This document shows, piece after piece, positions 9,845-22,032 of a stretch of DNA of 25,841 nucleotides. Under the pieces are notes generated by a model. The model was not told where the DNA came from. It saw only the letters and a program-made list of their open reading frames with translations, and searched no databases. How positions within the stretch are numbered: position 1 is the stretch's first letter; every line of letters begins with the position of its first letter. The stretch is from Octopus sinensis (Eukaryota). The translations under genes and the position numbers were made by a program. The stretch is taken from the NCBI RefSeq assembly GCF_006345805.1, contig NW_021836088.1:1-25841 (forward strand), read 5' to 3'.

Positions 9845-9995
9845 AAACAGTGGGGTCGATGTAATCGACACCCCTCACATTCTTTTATCGACCCCAAAAA
9901 GATGAAAGCCAAATTTGACCTCGGTGCGATTTGAGCTCAGAACGTAATGCCAGAGGAAATGCTGCAAATTATTTTGTTCGTCGTGCGTGTGATTT
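9845..9995 (-). mobile_element. Family A SINE relic
   Basis: GGGGTCGATGTAATCGAC, TTTATCGACCCC..GATGAAAG, ATTTGAGCTCAGAACGTAA. Confidence 0.7.
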
Positions 9996-10275
9996 TTCCC
10001 GTTAAAAAATTAACTTCCGCCTTACTTAAAGAAAAATATAATCCCTAAAAAATTAATTTAAATAATAAACAAAAGAAATCTATTCCAAGAATTATTAAAT
10101 CTGGTTAGCAATTGACATTCGACAGATGCAACGGAATTGCGTCAGAGAGCAGGGCGAATATGGGCGTCAAGATTTTTGACACTTCCCTAGCAAACAATTA
10201 TTCTTAAAGAGTTTTTTTATGCTTGTGAATGGATATATGTGTATACATGTACCGAATCCAAACACAAACACACAC

Positions 10276-10276
<1 letters not shown>

Positions 10277-10340
<64 letters not shown>

Positions 10341-10570
10341 ATGTATGTATGTATGTATGTATGTAGTAGTATGTATGGTATGTATGTATGTATGTATGTA
10401 TGTATGTATGTATGTATGAATGTATGTATGTTTGGGTGGATGCATGCATGTTTGTATGTGTGTATGTATGCATATATGTATTTATGTATGTGTTTATGTG
10501 TATATATATCTATATATATATATATGTATGTATGTATATATGTATGCATATATAGGTATATATGTATGTA
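10277..10570. repeat. (TA)n/(TATG)n microsatellite
   Basis: Visible. Confidence 0.95.
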
Positions 10571-10645
10571 ATAATAGTTTCAGTCATTGGACTGCGGCCA
10601 TGCTGGGGCAAAACCTTGAAGGGTTTTAGTCGAAAAACGCGACAA
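10571..10645 (-). mobile_element. 3' tail fragment of family C (CORE-like) SINE
   Basis: TTTCAGTCATTGGACTGCGGCCATGCTGGGGCA is the reverse complement of the tail at ~24035-24070. Confidence 0.75.
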
Positions 10646-11150
10646 TAATACTTGCTTTAAAGTTTTTGAAGTCCGATATTTAGCCTACTGTCTCCTGCGC
10701 CTAACGGCTAATACATTATATATAAGCGTGTGCGTATATGTGTGTACGTGTGCGCATGCGCGTCTGCTTGTTTGTTTGTTTACGTGTGTGCGTACCTGCG
10801 TGCCAGTGTGTGTGTGTGTGATCTAGGGTTATACAATCCTGCGCCAGGTTCTCTGTTACAAGTACCAGTGAAAGAATGAATCATTGGTGAAAAGTATCGC
10901 AGTATATTGTTCGAAAGACTCCATAATAAAATATAATCTCAGACTTCTGCTTCAAGAAACAAGGAAGAACCAAAAGTTGGGTAAAATTTACATTAGGTTG
11001 CCAACGCAGAGGAATGTTCTTGTGAAGCACACATTCAATCCATTAGAGACTTATTCTTCTACCCGGCTCACGCTCTTCTCTTCGAAAATGGCTCATATGT
11101 TATTCATTAATTCGTATACATGGTACGCACCTGTTTGAGAACGGTCAGAA

Positions 11151-11206
<56 letters not shown>

Positions 11207-11339
11207 TGTGTGTGTGTGTGTGTGTGTGTGCTGTGTGTGTGTGTTTGTGTGTTTGTGTGTGTGTGTGTGTGTGTATGTGCGTGTGTGTATTGTGTGTGTG
11301 TGTGTGTGTGTGTATACATATTATGTTTGTGTATGTATG

Positions 11340-11381
<42 letters not shown>

Positions 11382-11445
11382 TCATATATACATTTATATG
11401 TGTGTGCGTGAGAGAGAGAGAGAGAGAGTGAGAGAGACAACGGTA
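11151..11445. repeat. (TA)n-(TG)n-(TA)n-(GA)n compound microsatellite
   Basis: Visible. Confidence 0.95.
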
Positions 11446-11799
11446 ATGTAAGAAAGAGAGCAGAGAGTAGGGGGAGGGGACGATCTTTGGTGACAGGAAA
11501 GCAAAAATAGTGTAGAAACGTAGTATGAGAAATGGGCGATGGGATAATGAAGAAAGGGTGCATGAGTTTTAGGGGTTATATTTGTGTTATTGTGAGGAAG
11601 AAAAAGAGAAGAAAAAAAAAAAAGTGATATATGTGACAGAAAGCAAAAGAGTAGGAGATAGATAGTTAGATAGAGAGGGAGAGGGCGTAAGCAGTATTGC
11701 CTGAAAGAAAGGCTCGTTAAATATAATCATATGGTATAATTATAGTAAAGTAAAATAAAAAAAAAGAAAAAAATTCAAAATACGGGTGAACGAATATTG

Positions 11800-12375
11800 G
11801 TTTCAAATTTTGGCACAAGGCCAGCAGCTGTGTAGTGGGGGGGGGGCTAAATCGATTAAATCGCCCCCCCCATGTTTAACTAGTATTTATTTTATCGACC
11901 CTGACAGAATGAAAGGCAAAGTCGACGTCGGTGGAATTTGAATTCAAAACGTGAAGACGAACGAAATACCTATTTCTTTACTACTCACAAGGGGCCAACA
12001 CAGACAGACAGACAAGCGGATTAAGTCTATTATATCGACCCCCGTTCGTAACTGGTACTTATTTAATCGACCCCGAAAGGATGAAAGGCAAAGTCGACCT
12101 CGGCGGAATTTGAACTCAGAACGTAGCGGCAGACGAAATACCTATTTCTTTACTACCCACAAGGGTCTAAATACAGAGAGGACAAACAAGGACAGACAAA
12201 CGGATTAAGTCGATTATATCGACCTCAGTGCGTAACTGGTACTTAATTTATTGACCCCGAAAGGATGAAAGGCAAAGTCCACCTCAGCGGAATTTGAACT
12301 CAGAACGTAAAGGCAGACGAAATACCGCTAAGCATTTCGCCGGGCGTGCTAACGATTCTGCCAGCTCGTCGCCTT
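11800..12375 (-). mobile_element. Family A SINE multimer: head, two young units and a terminal old-type unit
   Basis: Head ends at CGCCTT (12375). Junctions GAAATACCTATTTC at 11963-11976 and 12135-12148. Old tail TTTCAAATTTTGGCACAAGG at 11801-11820. Confidence 0.9.
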
Positions 12376-12503
12376 CGGGGGAACTAGATAAATTTATTTG
12401 CAACTGGTGTAAGACGAACATGAGGATATCCACGTACAAAGACGTCAACGAGAAAAGAAGTGTGAGATGCTAAAAAACAAAACGCAAACCACGTAATCAC
12501 ATG

Positions 12504-12546
<43 letters not shown>

Positions 12547-12581
12547 ACACACACACCACACACATACACACACATACACAC
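12504..12581. repeat. (CA)n microsatellite
   Basis: Visible. Confidence 0.95.
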
Positions 12582-12869
12582 AAGCTCATTTTATCGAATG
12601 AAAGAACAAATGAAGTCCAAAATGGCTACTGGAAAATGGGCTCCTATTCCTCAAAGATTGGCTACGTGGTGTTGTTAGAAGTGAGATTGACATTTCAGCG
12701 ATGCGTGTGTGCATGCGTGTACATATCTGTGTATATGTGTCTGTGAGTGTTTGTTTGTTTGTTTTTGTGTATGTGTATGTGTGTGTATGTGCATATACAT
12801 ACACACATATTTTTTTAATGTTTTTACAAGAATTCCTGATGTAATCATAATATTAAATTAAATATCATT

Positions 12870-13010
12870 CAGGCATGCCTCTGCGGTAAGAAGTTTGTTT
12901 CCCGATCACAAGGTTCTGGGTTCAATCCCACTGTGTGGTCACCTTGAGAAAGTGGTTTTTACTGTAGCCACGGACCGACCAAAGATTTGCCAAATGAATT
13001 CGGCATACGG
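12870..13010 (+). mobile_element. Family C (CORE-like) SINE, diverged and 3'-truncated
   Basis: GGTAAGAAGTTTG..GGGTTCAATCCCACTG.GTGG.CACCTTGAG..ACTGTAGCC..GGACCGACCAAAG aligns to 23685-23830. Confidence 0.75.
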
Positions 13011-13465
13011 AAACTATATACAAACGTAAATTGTACCTATTTTGTCGACCCTGAAGTGCTAAAGGGTAAATCCGATATCGGTGGGATTTAGCTAACCAAC
13101 AGACACGAAGAAGTAATAAATAAAACGAACTACTATTGCCATCAAAAACAAGATAAAAATCTGCCAAATAATAAAGACTATAAACTGTTCCGTTTTGTAT
13201 AATTTAGTTTCTTTCGAAACACATAGGAAAGTTTCAGAAATAAATTTCTTCAGTTAGACACTGATTCTTTGAGATGTGGAATTTTGCAGCTGTGAGATCA
13301 CAGTTACTTCATTCGAGAGTTCAAGAAATTCTCAAAACAGAAGCAAGCAAAAACCCAACCACCAACCATCCCCACTACCACATCGCTTACATTACTTACA
13401 TATTCCAGTACACTTTCTTCACAGTTCGTCAACAAGCAATCCTCTCTCTTGCTTTCTGTTTCTGA

Positions 13466-13469
<4 letters not shown>

Positions 13470-13505
<36 letters not shown>

Positions 13506-13819
13506 CTTTTTTTTCTAACTCTCTCTCATATACACTCTCTGTCTCTCTCTTTGAGTCACTGGCACACATACACACACACACACATACACAAACGATTCAC
13601 TCACGCGCTTACACACACACAAACACACGCCACACCATTTATACACGCACAGACCACTCACACACACATACAGACCATTCACAAACACACATACACATAC
13701 ACACACACACACACACCACACACAACGATTCACTCACGCGCTTACACACACACACACACACGCCACACCATTTATACACGCACAGACCACTCACACACAC
13801 ATACAGACCATTCACAAAC

Positions 13820-13852
<33 letters not shown>

Positions 13853-14152
13853 ATCTCTCACCCGCTCACTCACACACGCTCGCAAACTCCACACATATGT
13901 ATACACCCGCAAATAAACATGCAAGTCTGAGTATAGTTACGATTGTATATTGCCGTAGTGTGTATGTACGTTTTACACTGAATATCCTTCATATAAACAT
14001 ATATATATCTGTTGATATACATACATATCTTCAATATATCTGTGCATCTATGCGGGTATATATATTTATGTATGTATATGTATGTATGTATATGTATGTA
14101 TTCGCACACAAACACACAAACATATACACGCGCGCACACACACCACACACAC

Positions 14153-14221
<69 letters not shown>

Positions 14222-14250
14222 TGTATGTATGTATGTAGATACAGATATGT
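13470..14250. repeat. (CT)n/(CA)n/(TA)n low-complexity tract with a 133-bp tandem duplication (13591-13723 / 13724-~13850)
   Basis: AACGATTCACTCACGCGCTTAC..GCCACACCATTTATACACGCACAGACC occurs twice, 133 bp apart. Confidence 0.9.
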
Positions 14251-14706
14251 CAGATATGTGTGTGTGTTTATGCATAGATCTACCCGGAATATACTTCGTA
14301 TACAGCTGTCTGTGCAATGATTTATCATCAAGTTTGGCTAATTACATTTTGCACCTGTTGCTTAAAAAAATCGCCGAAACTAATAACTAAATAAATTACA
14401 GACTAATACAGATTTTTCATGTCAGAAGGAATCAGCAATGGTAATAGGCACGAAGAAGGTTTTTTCTTATTTGTTGAGGAGTGTGAAGTTTCCGCTTACA
14501 TGGCTTATGCATATACACGTACGTATCATGTCAAGTTAAGTAACTAACTACATACAGATCTATGCGTGTGTGAGTGTGTATGTGCGTGTGAGTGTGCGAG
14601 TGTGTGTGTGTATTGTATCTAAAACCCGACTGTTGACTAGTTTTGACTTTTTTGTCATTATTGCTTTTCTTGAATCTTCTTTGGAACAGTCAAATCCTTA
14701 TATCCA

Positions 14707-14748
14707 ACATCAACGTTTCTAGACTTTCTCAGACTCATCTTCAGGATA
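14707..14748 (-). ncRNA. Decayed minimal type I hammerhead motif
   Basis: Minus strand reads AUC CUGAAGA U GAGUC-UGAGAAA-GUCUA GAAACGUU/GAU. Stem II pairs 3/5 and G10.1-C11.1 is lost. Confidence 0.45.
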
Positions 14749-15049
14749 AATTGATGCTGGTGTATCTTGCTGTTCGTTTATACTAGCCAACCAGGGTTAA
14801 TGTGACTGAGAAAACCTTACAACCAGAATTTGAAAGTCAGGCAAATATGTCATTTATGAGCCATATATTTTCGGTTGCAACTTGCGTCTGATATTTGTAT
14901 CTCTATTTTGATAATATTGCCATAAATATTGCATCCATTATTATCCGTCAACTTTTGTGGACATTCCTATGCAATATAGAAGCGTTGCTTACCAATGATT
15001 TCACAGCTAATCTTACTTTGTGTTGTGTAGTGCATTGCAATTACTTGCA

Positions 15050-15435
15050 ATTGCGGGCGGTGTGGATCAAAAATATTGGACTGGTGCTATAAAAACAGAA
15101 CTACAATACATATCGATTCGGTATTTAATCTCCTTTGAAGCAGACCCCTTTTGCAGCCATGCACGTTATCCAGCATCGTTTCCATTGATGGAAGCCTTCC
15201 TGCAACTCCCTTTTTGGGGATAGCGGGCAGCTACCTCGTCGCACTTTCCTGGATTTACTCGGCGTCTTGAAAGCCCTTTCAAATGGGATTTGATTTTTGC
15301 CTTGGTTTCGGGCTGATAGTCATAGACGATTCGTCGTCTGTGATGACCATTTTCAAAATGTTTTCGTGTTCCCTGACACAATCAAGGAGACCCTGGGCAG
15401 CCGATATCCGATCTTGTTTTTAGACAACACCACTC
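15050..15435 (-). pseudogene. Internally deleted mariner (DD34D-type) transposase relic with probable TIR
   Basis: KQDRISAAQGLLDCVREHENILKMVITDDES-VYDYQPETKA is joined directly to KIKSHLKG-FQDAE*IQESATR*LPAIPKKELQEGFHQWKRCWITCMAAKGVCFKGD* (stop at 15125-15127). These match the mariner ITGDESWVYGYDPETK and C-terminal QWKxRWxKC..GxYFEGD motifs. Confidence 0.85.
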
Positions 15436-15849
15436 TACACACATTAATTTGAATCACTGCTATAAGCAACAGAAGTTAGCGAGAATGTTATAACAAAGTG
15501 AACATGCACAACAACTTCACTCTACGTACGTTAGCCCAGTTACCATAGCAACAGGCCTGATACTTTTTTTTTTGTATCAGACTTCGCGCATTTGGCAAAT
15601 ATAACAGTTGGAGTCGTTAACTTTACAACTTTATAGGTTTCAAAGAAATTTTAAAATCACATTTGCCATAGCAAACTTTCAAAACTTATTAAATATAAGA
15701 AGTTTTTTGCTTTTTAATTTTAACTATTTTTTTCGTAATTTTTAGTATTAGCTCATCGTTTAATCTAATGCATTTTCTGTTTTTTTAAGAATTCTTTTAT
15801 AATGCTTTCCTTTGTGTAAACTTAGTATTCATTTAATTCATATTATTCA

Positions 15850-16007
15850 CGGGCTTCTTATAGTTTCCGCCTCTCAAATCCATTTACAAGGCTTTGGACG
15901 GCACTAAGCTATAGTACAAGACTCGTTCTACTGCTTCAGTAGGATTGAACCCATAATCATGTGTTTGGGAAGCAAACGTCGTACCACACAGCCATGCCAG
16001 CGCCTAT
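15850..16007 (-). mobile_element. Family C (CORE-like) SINE, diverged 5' part
   Basis: Reverse complement gives ATAGGCGCTGGCATGGCTGTGTGGTA..TTTGCTTCCCAAACACATG..GGGTTCAATCC, aligning to 23685-23830. Confidence 0.75.
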
Positions 16008-16289
16008 ATGTCGCGAACTGATATTATTCTGTCTGCTGGTTTTAAGAAAGAACATCCTCAACATGAAATTCTCAGGAAGGAACACATCAATTTTTCATCT
16101 ATAGCGAGTATTGTTTTCAATTTTAAGCACATAGCCCGCCTCTCCTTTTTCCTATCTTTCTCTCTTTTCCCCTATCTCTCACTCGCCTTTCCTTTCTATC
16201 TCTCAACATAAGCTCACACATAAACATGGATTCATATATAGATACATTCATAAATATGCACAAACAAACATACATACATACATGCATAT

Positions 16290-16321
16290 ACTGATAGATA
16301 GATAGATAGATAGATAGGTAA

Positions 16322-16409
<88 letters not shown>

Positions 16410-16450
16410 GTAGATAGATAGTTTGAAAGATAGAGAGGCAGATAGATATT
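16290..16450. repeat. (GATA)n microsatellite
   Basis: Visible; a second (GATA)n lies at ~16825-16915. Confidence 0.95.
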
Positions 16451-16865
16451 TATATACATATAAGAAACACGAAGAGAACAATAGGATGAAGATTGACGCA
16501 TCAACTTCCTTGATTTTTTCAACGTGGCCTTTATGTAGCACTGTTCTGGTTTTAAGTAGAACTAACCCTGTCCCCTGAGCCAGGAGACTGCTTGGAGACA
16601 CAAGGTACGTTATATAAATCTACCTAATTACGATGGCTCCATGCCATGAAACAATTAGTTATTCTTATTTTAATAATGAGTGCATAAAATATGTATACAT
16701 GTATGTGCGTGTGCATGCGTGTGTGAGTGAATGTGAGAGAGAGAGAAAGAGTGTGTGTTTGTGTATGTGTGTGTATTTAGATGTATATATGTATGCATGT
16801 GTGTGTGTGCAAAGATGTATATAGACAGACAAATAGATAGACAGATAGATAGATACTTAGGTAGG

Positions 16866-16914
<49 letters not shown>

Positions 16915-17079
16915 TATATATGAATGTTTCCTTAAGATCATACCACCAAATTTATCTTATAACAACATAGAACAATATAAGATTAATAATATTATATATT
17001 AAAGATACACGCACATACGTAGACATGGACACACGCACACAAACACACTCATATAAATACATAGCGTATATATGTGTCA

Positions 17080-17129
<50 letters not shown>

Positions 17130-17739
17130 TGTGTTTGAGTTAAAGTAGCGAGGCCCAAAAATAATGAAATAATTTAATCCTTCCACTAGTTAAATTCTAA
17201 AATCAAAAGAAATTAATCCAACTCGTAAACGAGAAATATATCTGAGATCAATATTTAATTAAAAAGATCTGAAGATCATATATATAAGATATTAATTAGA
17301 TATCTAATTAGATACTTAAGTATAATTCAATAAATTATATGGTGGACAGCAAAAATAAAAAAAATGTTCTTTATGTATACTAAATTTGTGATTACGAAAA
17401 ACAAAATTTAATCCTGACGAGGATGTAAAGAAAACGGAATGTTAATAATTTCCTTTGACTGACGATAATGAGTATTTTTAAAGTACAAGTGTTGTTATTC
17501 AATGAACAATCTGCATTGCTATAATAGTTAGATATGTATATTTATACTACATAGGGTAACGACCGGGTCTCAAAACATATTTTTTCATGACCAACATAAT
17601 ACAATATCCAAATATCCTTCAAATCACACCTTAATGTTCTTTCAAAAGGAGTGTCTGAAAACAACAAAAAAGGGGATACGATTAAGCTTTTAGGGATTTT
17701 TGTCATAAATTTGCTTGATCATGGTTTATTTCAGGTGTT

Positions 17740-18090
17740 ATAAATATTGCTTCCATCATTATTTGCCAAGTTTTATGAAGACTTCTATTCATTAAGGAAG
17801 CGTTTTTCATTAAGGATTCCATTGTTGGTTTTACTCTGAGTTCTGTGGTGCTTTGCAAGTGCTTTTTGTGGTAAGGGTAAGTGCGTGGTGGGCTGGCTTG
17901 AGAACGTTGCATATGTAAGGCAAACATAAAAGTTAGAGTCGTTAAGTTTACAACTTTCCCAGTTGCAGTCGATTTTCAAAATTGCATATCCGGCATGACA
18001 TCTATCAGTCGCTCTTTGAAAGCCCCTTCGATATTTTAGGAGATAGCAATAAAAATTCTTTCTCAGCTGTCTTTTGTATATAATTTCCAA
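17740..18090 (-). pseudogene. Possible highly degenerate Penelope-type GIY-YIG endonuclease fragment
   Basis: Across shifting frames: EIIYK.., ..IEGAFKERL and ..NASLMNRS loosely echo the IYK..YIG.TE..FK.R and LLNKRS motifs. Weak by-eye similarity only. Confidence 0.25.
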
Positions 18091-18879
18091 CAAGAGGGTC
18101 ATTGCTTTTCGTAACGTTCTTCATTATCAACGACGCATTCTCTTTGAATAAACTTATTCTGTCGTACTTCCAACTATGGGGAAAATAAAACTAGAATGCA
18201 AAGAAACGAGAAAATGTTTATTTGAGAAATGGTGTACGTGTCTGGCAATGCTGTTGTTGAAATATTTAAATCAGCATTTTGGCTGTATTTTCTCTTTTTT
18301 CTCTTTTTTTTTTTTTCTTTTTTCAAGTTCTTCATTAAAGCCTTGATGGACAATTAAGTTTATATTCAATTATATTTGTTTTCTATATGCGAAATATCTT
18401 GTTTTGTTCTTCTCAATGTTATGAGCTACCGTGGTATGGATTAGGCTCCGGGTGCAGGAAACAATATCTTTATGGCAAGTAATTAGAAAAAATATTTTTT
18501 CATTCATTTTCACATAAGCATACGTTCAAATTTGCCAAAGAATTTGAAAGTTAACATAAAAAGAAATGAAAACTTCTAATGTGTATGCTTGTGTGCAGAT
18601 ATGCATAAGTATTTCTGCGTGGTAGTAAGTCTGCATACGTACATACATGTCAGTATCTGTGTGTTTGCGCGTGTAGAGTTGTGTTGTGGTGTTGGTAATG
18701 GTAGGAATAGTAATGGTGATGGAGAAGGAAGGTGTAATGATATAGGAGAAGAGGAAAACAACTGCCACTGGAATGACTGGCAGGGACCACGTGTTCAGAG
18801 ATATCATGTCAGTGTATCAGAGTCATTCTGAATGGCGACGGAGAGAAGAAGGAAATATATGAGCTAAGAGCAGTTACAC

Positions 18880-18974
18880 ACACACGCACGCGCACGCACA
18901 CACACACATACACACATACACTCACGCATACATATATATATCTGTATATGTATGTATGTATATATACATTATAC

Positions 18975-19021
<47 letters not shown>

Positions 19022-19081
19022 GTTATATGTATGTATATGTATATACATATGTGTGTGTCTGTATATATATATATATATATA
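18880..19081. repeat. (CA)/(TA)/(TATG) compound microsatellite
   Basis: Visible. Confidence 0.95.
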
Positions 19082-19269
19082 CAGACAAACGCAGGCATAC
19101 TGGAAGAGGGAGAGAAAGGGGGTCAATAACAGTGACAGAAGGAAACTGAAGGAGGAACAGATGAGAAAAACGTAAGAATGAGGAAAATGAAGAACTAACG
19201 AATAAAATCATGAAGGAAAATACGAAGAAATACACAAGGAAGAGAAGTTAAGAGTTCTAAATTTAATAA

Positions 19270-19421
19270 CACCACCACCACCACCACCACTGCCAACACC
19301 ACCACCACCACCACCGCCACCACCGCCGCCGCCGCCACCACCACCACCACCACCACTACCACCACCACCACTATCACCACCCCACAACCACCACCACCAC
19401 CCCACCACCACCACCACCACC
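19270..19421. repeat. (CCA)n microsatellite
   Basis: Visible. Confidence 0.95.
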
Positions 19422-19429
19422 ATGTGTCC

Positions 19430-21862
19430 AATGTCAGAAAATTAACTAATGAGCCAAGTGCGACTGGTTAGGAGGAAGGGTTACTTAACTGGAGTAGAAA
19501 TATTTGGGATTAGTGGGAGTTTGAGAGACCCGACGGATGGGCTACGAAGGATGGTCTGAGTTGAAAGCAGGGAGAAGAGCAGACAGGAAGAACAGGGAAA
19601 TGGTGATGGTGCTGTTAAGGATGAGGAGCAGGAACGTTATACAGTGAACCCTGATACCGTGGTGGGTGGACATGAAGGGGAAATGAACCAGCTATATAAT
19701 GAATTGCTTGAAATTCAAAAACGACTCATCGACTTGATGAATGCTCCAGAAAAAATTATCCTCATGAATATGAGAAGGGTAAATAGGAGTGTGATAAATA
19801 AAGTTACACAAAAGACAAATACTGTCATACCATACATCCAGACGGAGGACATAGCACGAACAAGGAATCTTCTCCGAGCTATTGCACTACTTGTTCAGGA
19901 TAAATTACAACTTAAGAGAACAAAAAATGGTGGAGCAAAAGAATCATGGTGGAAACGACGCATTGAAAGGGTCATAATGCGGCTAGGTAAGATCTAGAGA
20001 AAATTGAGCAATGGTTAAGAGGAAACTAGAAAAATGGGAAAAAGACTGACCGAGAAAAATTAGAGAAGAAATATAAAATACGGAAGAACGGGTTTGACGC
20101 AGTAATAGAGCAGTTAAAACAGAGGGTCATGGCAAAAACCAGAAGATCAGAGGATTTGTGAACAGAAATAAGCAGTTCAAGGAGAACAGATTGTTGAAAA
20201 ATAACCCGAAGCAATTCTTCCGAACTTTAGAAGGGAACAATAGGGAAAATGTTGCCAAGGAGTTCTGGAGCGGATTATGGGGAAACAATGTGGCGCATAA
20301 AAGGGATACAATGTGAATTGGAAAAAATCAAGACAGATTTACAAGGTGTAAAGAAACAAATGAATATTGTTATAAGCGCGGATGATGTGAAAGAACATGT
20401 GGGTAGAGTGCCTAACTGGAGAGCCCCCGGACCAGATGGGATTCATGGCTTTTGGGTGAAGAGATGCCACGCGGTGCAAGAAAGACTAGCAGCCTAATTG
20501 AATGAGTGTGTCCAGAAAGGTACAGTCTCCGCGTGAATGGTGACTGGAAGGACAACACTTATAATGAAACATTGAAGAATGGGGAATATTGTGGGAAACT
20601 ACCGTCCCATAACATGCCTAAACATAATCTGGAAGATACTGGAACATATGCGGCAAAGACATACTTTCCTGGCACAGGAAGAAATACTACCAAGGAAAAA
20701 AACTCTGATGACTGGACGTTAAAACTTGTCTCAAAGCATGGAAACAAGAAAGATTCATACTCAGTAACAAAACAGGCAAAGGAATATCTAAGTGAATTCC
20801 AAATATAACAAATTCCAGAATTAAACGTACTAGAAACAAGCACAGAAAAAGCTAAGCGTATGAAAACCCGTGCTAAATCTGCTGCCTTAAATATTCTTAA
20901 TGATAAATGGCAAGAAAAACCTCTTGGGCAAATACCCAAAGAGAGCTAATAGTACCGATGTTGACAAAGCCCTTACCCATCAATGGTTAGTGACTTCTGG
21001 CGTAAAATCAGAGACAGAAGGGTTTATCATAGTAGCCCAAGATCAATGCCTACCTACAAGAAACTACTAGTCCAACATATTAAACAACGGCTGCTGCCCC
21101 AACATGTCATGTATGTCAACAACAAAATGAAACTATTGATCATGTTGTCTCCTTGTGCAATCCTCTTGCGCCTACAGAGTATCTCAGCAGGTATGATAGA
21201 GCTGCACAATATATTCACTGGGTAATTTGCAAAAGCCTGGACCCGCTTCATGATAAAAGCTGGTGGGAACACAAACCACCTCCAGTGCTTGAAAAGGATC
21301 ACATCTCTCTCCCCTGGAACCTCACCATTCAAACTGACAGAAAGATAGATGCAAATAGGCCAGACATTATATTGGAAAACGTCAAACAAAAATCATGCCT
21401 CCTCATTGATATGACTATCCCAATCGATATAAATGTATCTGTCAAAACCTACCAAAAACTGAGCAAGTATAAAGATCTTGAAATAGAAATTGGCAAAATG
21501 TGGCCGCTCAAGACTAAAACAATACCTGTCATCATAGGTGCCCTAGGAATGATAGCAAAAGGGATTGATTCCTACCTAGCTCAGATACCAGGAAATCCCA
21601 AAATGGTAGAAATTCAAAAGATAGTGCTCATGGAAACTGCCCATATCCGACGTAACATACCGTCTATGTAATCTCAAATTTTAAAACAAACTTATAATTT
21701 TCTTATGTTTTCTTAAACATTTTCTAGAACAATACTATGTGCAAAATTAAATATATCACACCCTACGCATAACACTGACATGAACTTCTAACTTGTTGTT
21801 TCATAAGGTCTCTGGGTGCGACTTGGAACCAACTTCTACAAATACAAATCAAAAGTTAAACA
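19430..21862 (+). mobile_element. Non-LTR retrotransposon of the R4/Dong (RLE) type; 5'-truncated, frameshifted, RT core deleted
   Basis: RT N-terminus NWRAPGPDG (20414-20440) and NYRPITCL (20597-20620). CCHC knuckle CHVC..ETIDHVVSLC from 21105. Endonuclease motifs YDRAAQYIHW, NRPDII, LLIDMTIP, KLSKYKDL, IPVIIGALG (to 21671). The 3' UTR ends in (TAA)n. Confidence 0.9.
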
Positions 21863-21887
21863 TATAATAATAATAATAATAATAATA

Positions 21888-21924
<37 letters not shown>

Positions 21925-22032
21925 TAATAATAATAATATAGAAAAAAAAAAAAAAATAATAAAATTTCTACTATAGGCACAAGACCTGAAATTTAGTGGG
22001 GGGGGACTGCCTTAATAATAATAATAATAATG

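Noticed and set aside
13225-13256. Minus-strand CTGAAGA..GAAAC motif
   Set aside because: The apparent stem uses the core's own AGA and there is no NUH or stem I; this is an AT-rich palindrome.
16560-16604. GC-richer 45-nt segment with AG and CAAG|GTACGT, a candidate microexon
   Set aside because: Only one frame is open, there is no homology or partner exons, and such motifs occur by chance.
17414-17440. CTGACGA..GAAAAC hammerhead-like core
   Set aside because: No stem II pairing and no convincing stem I or NUH.
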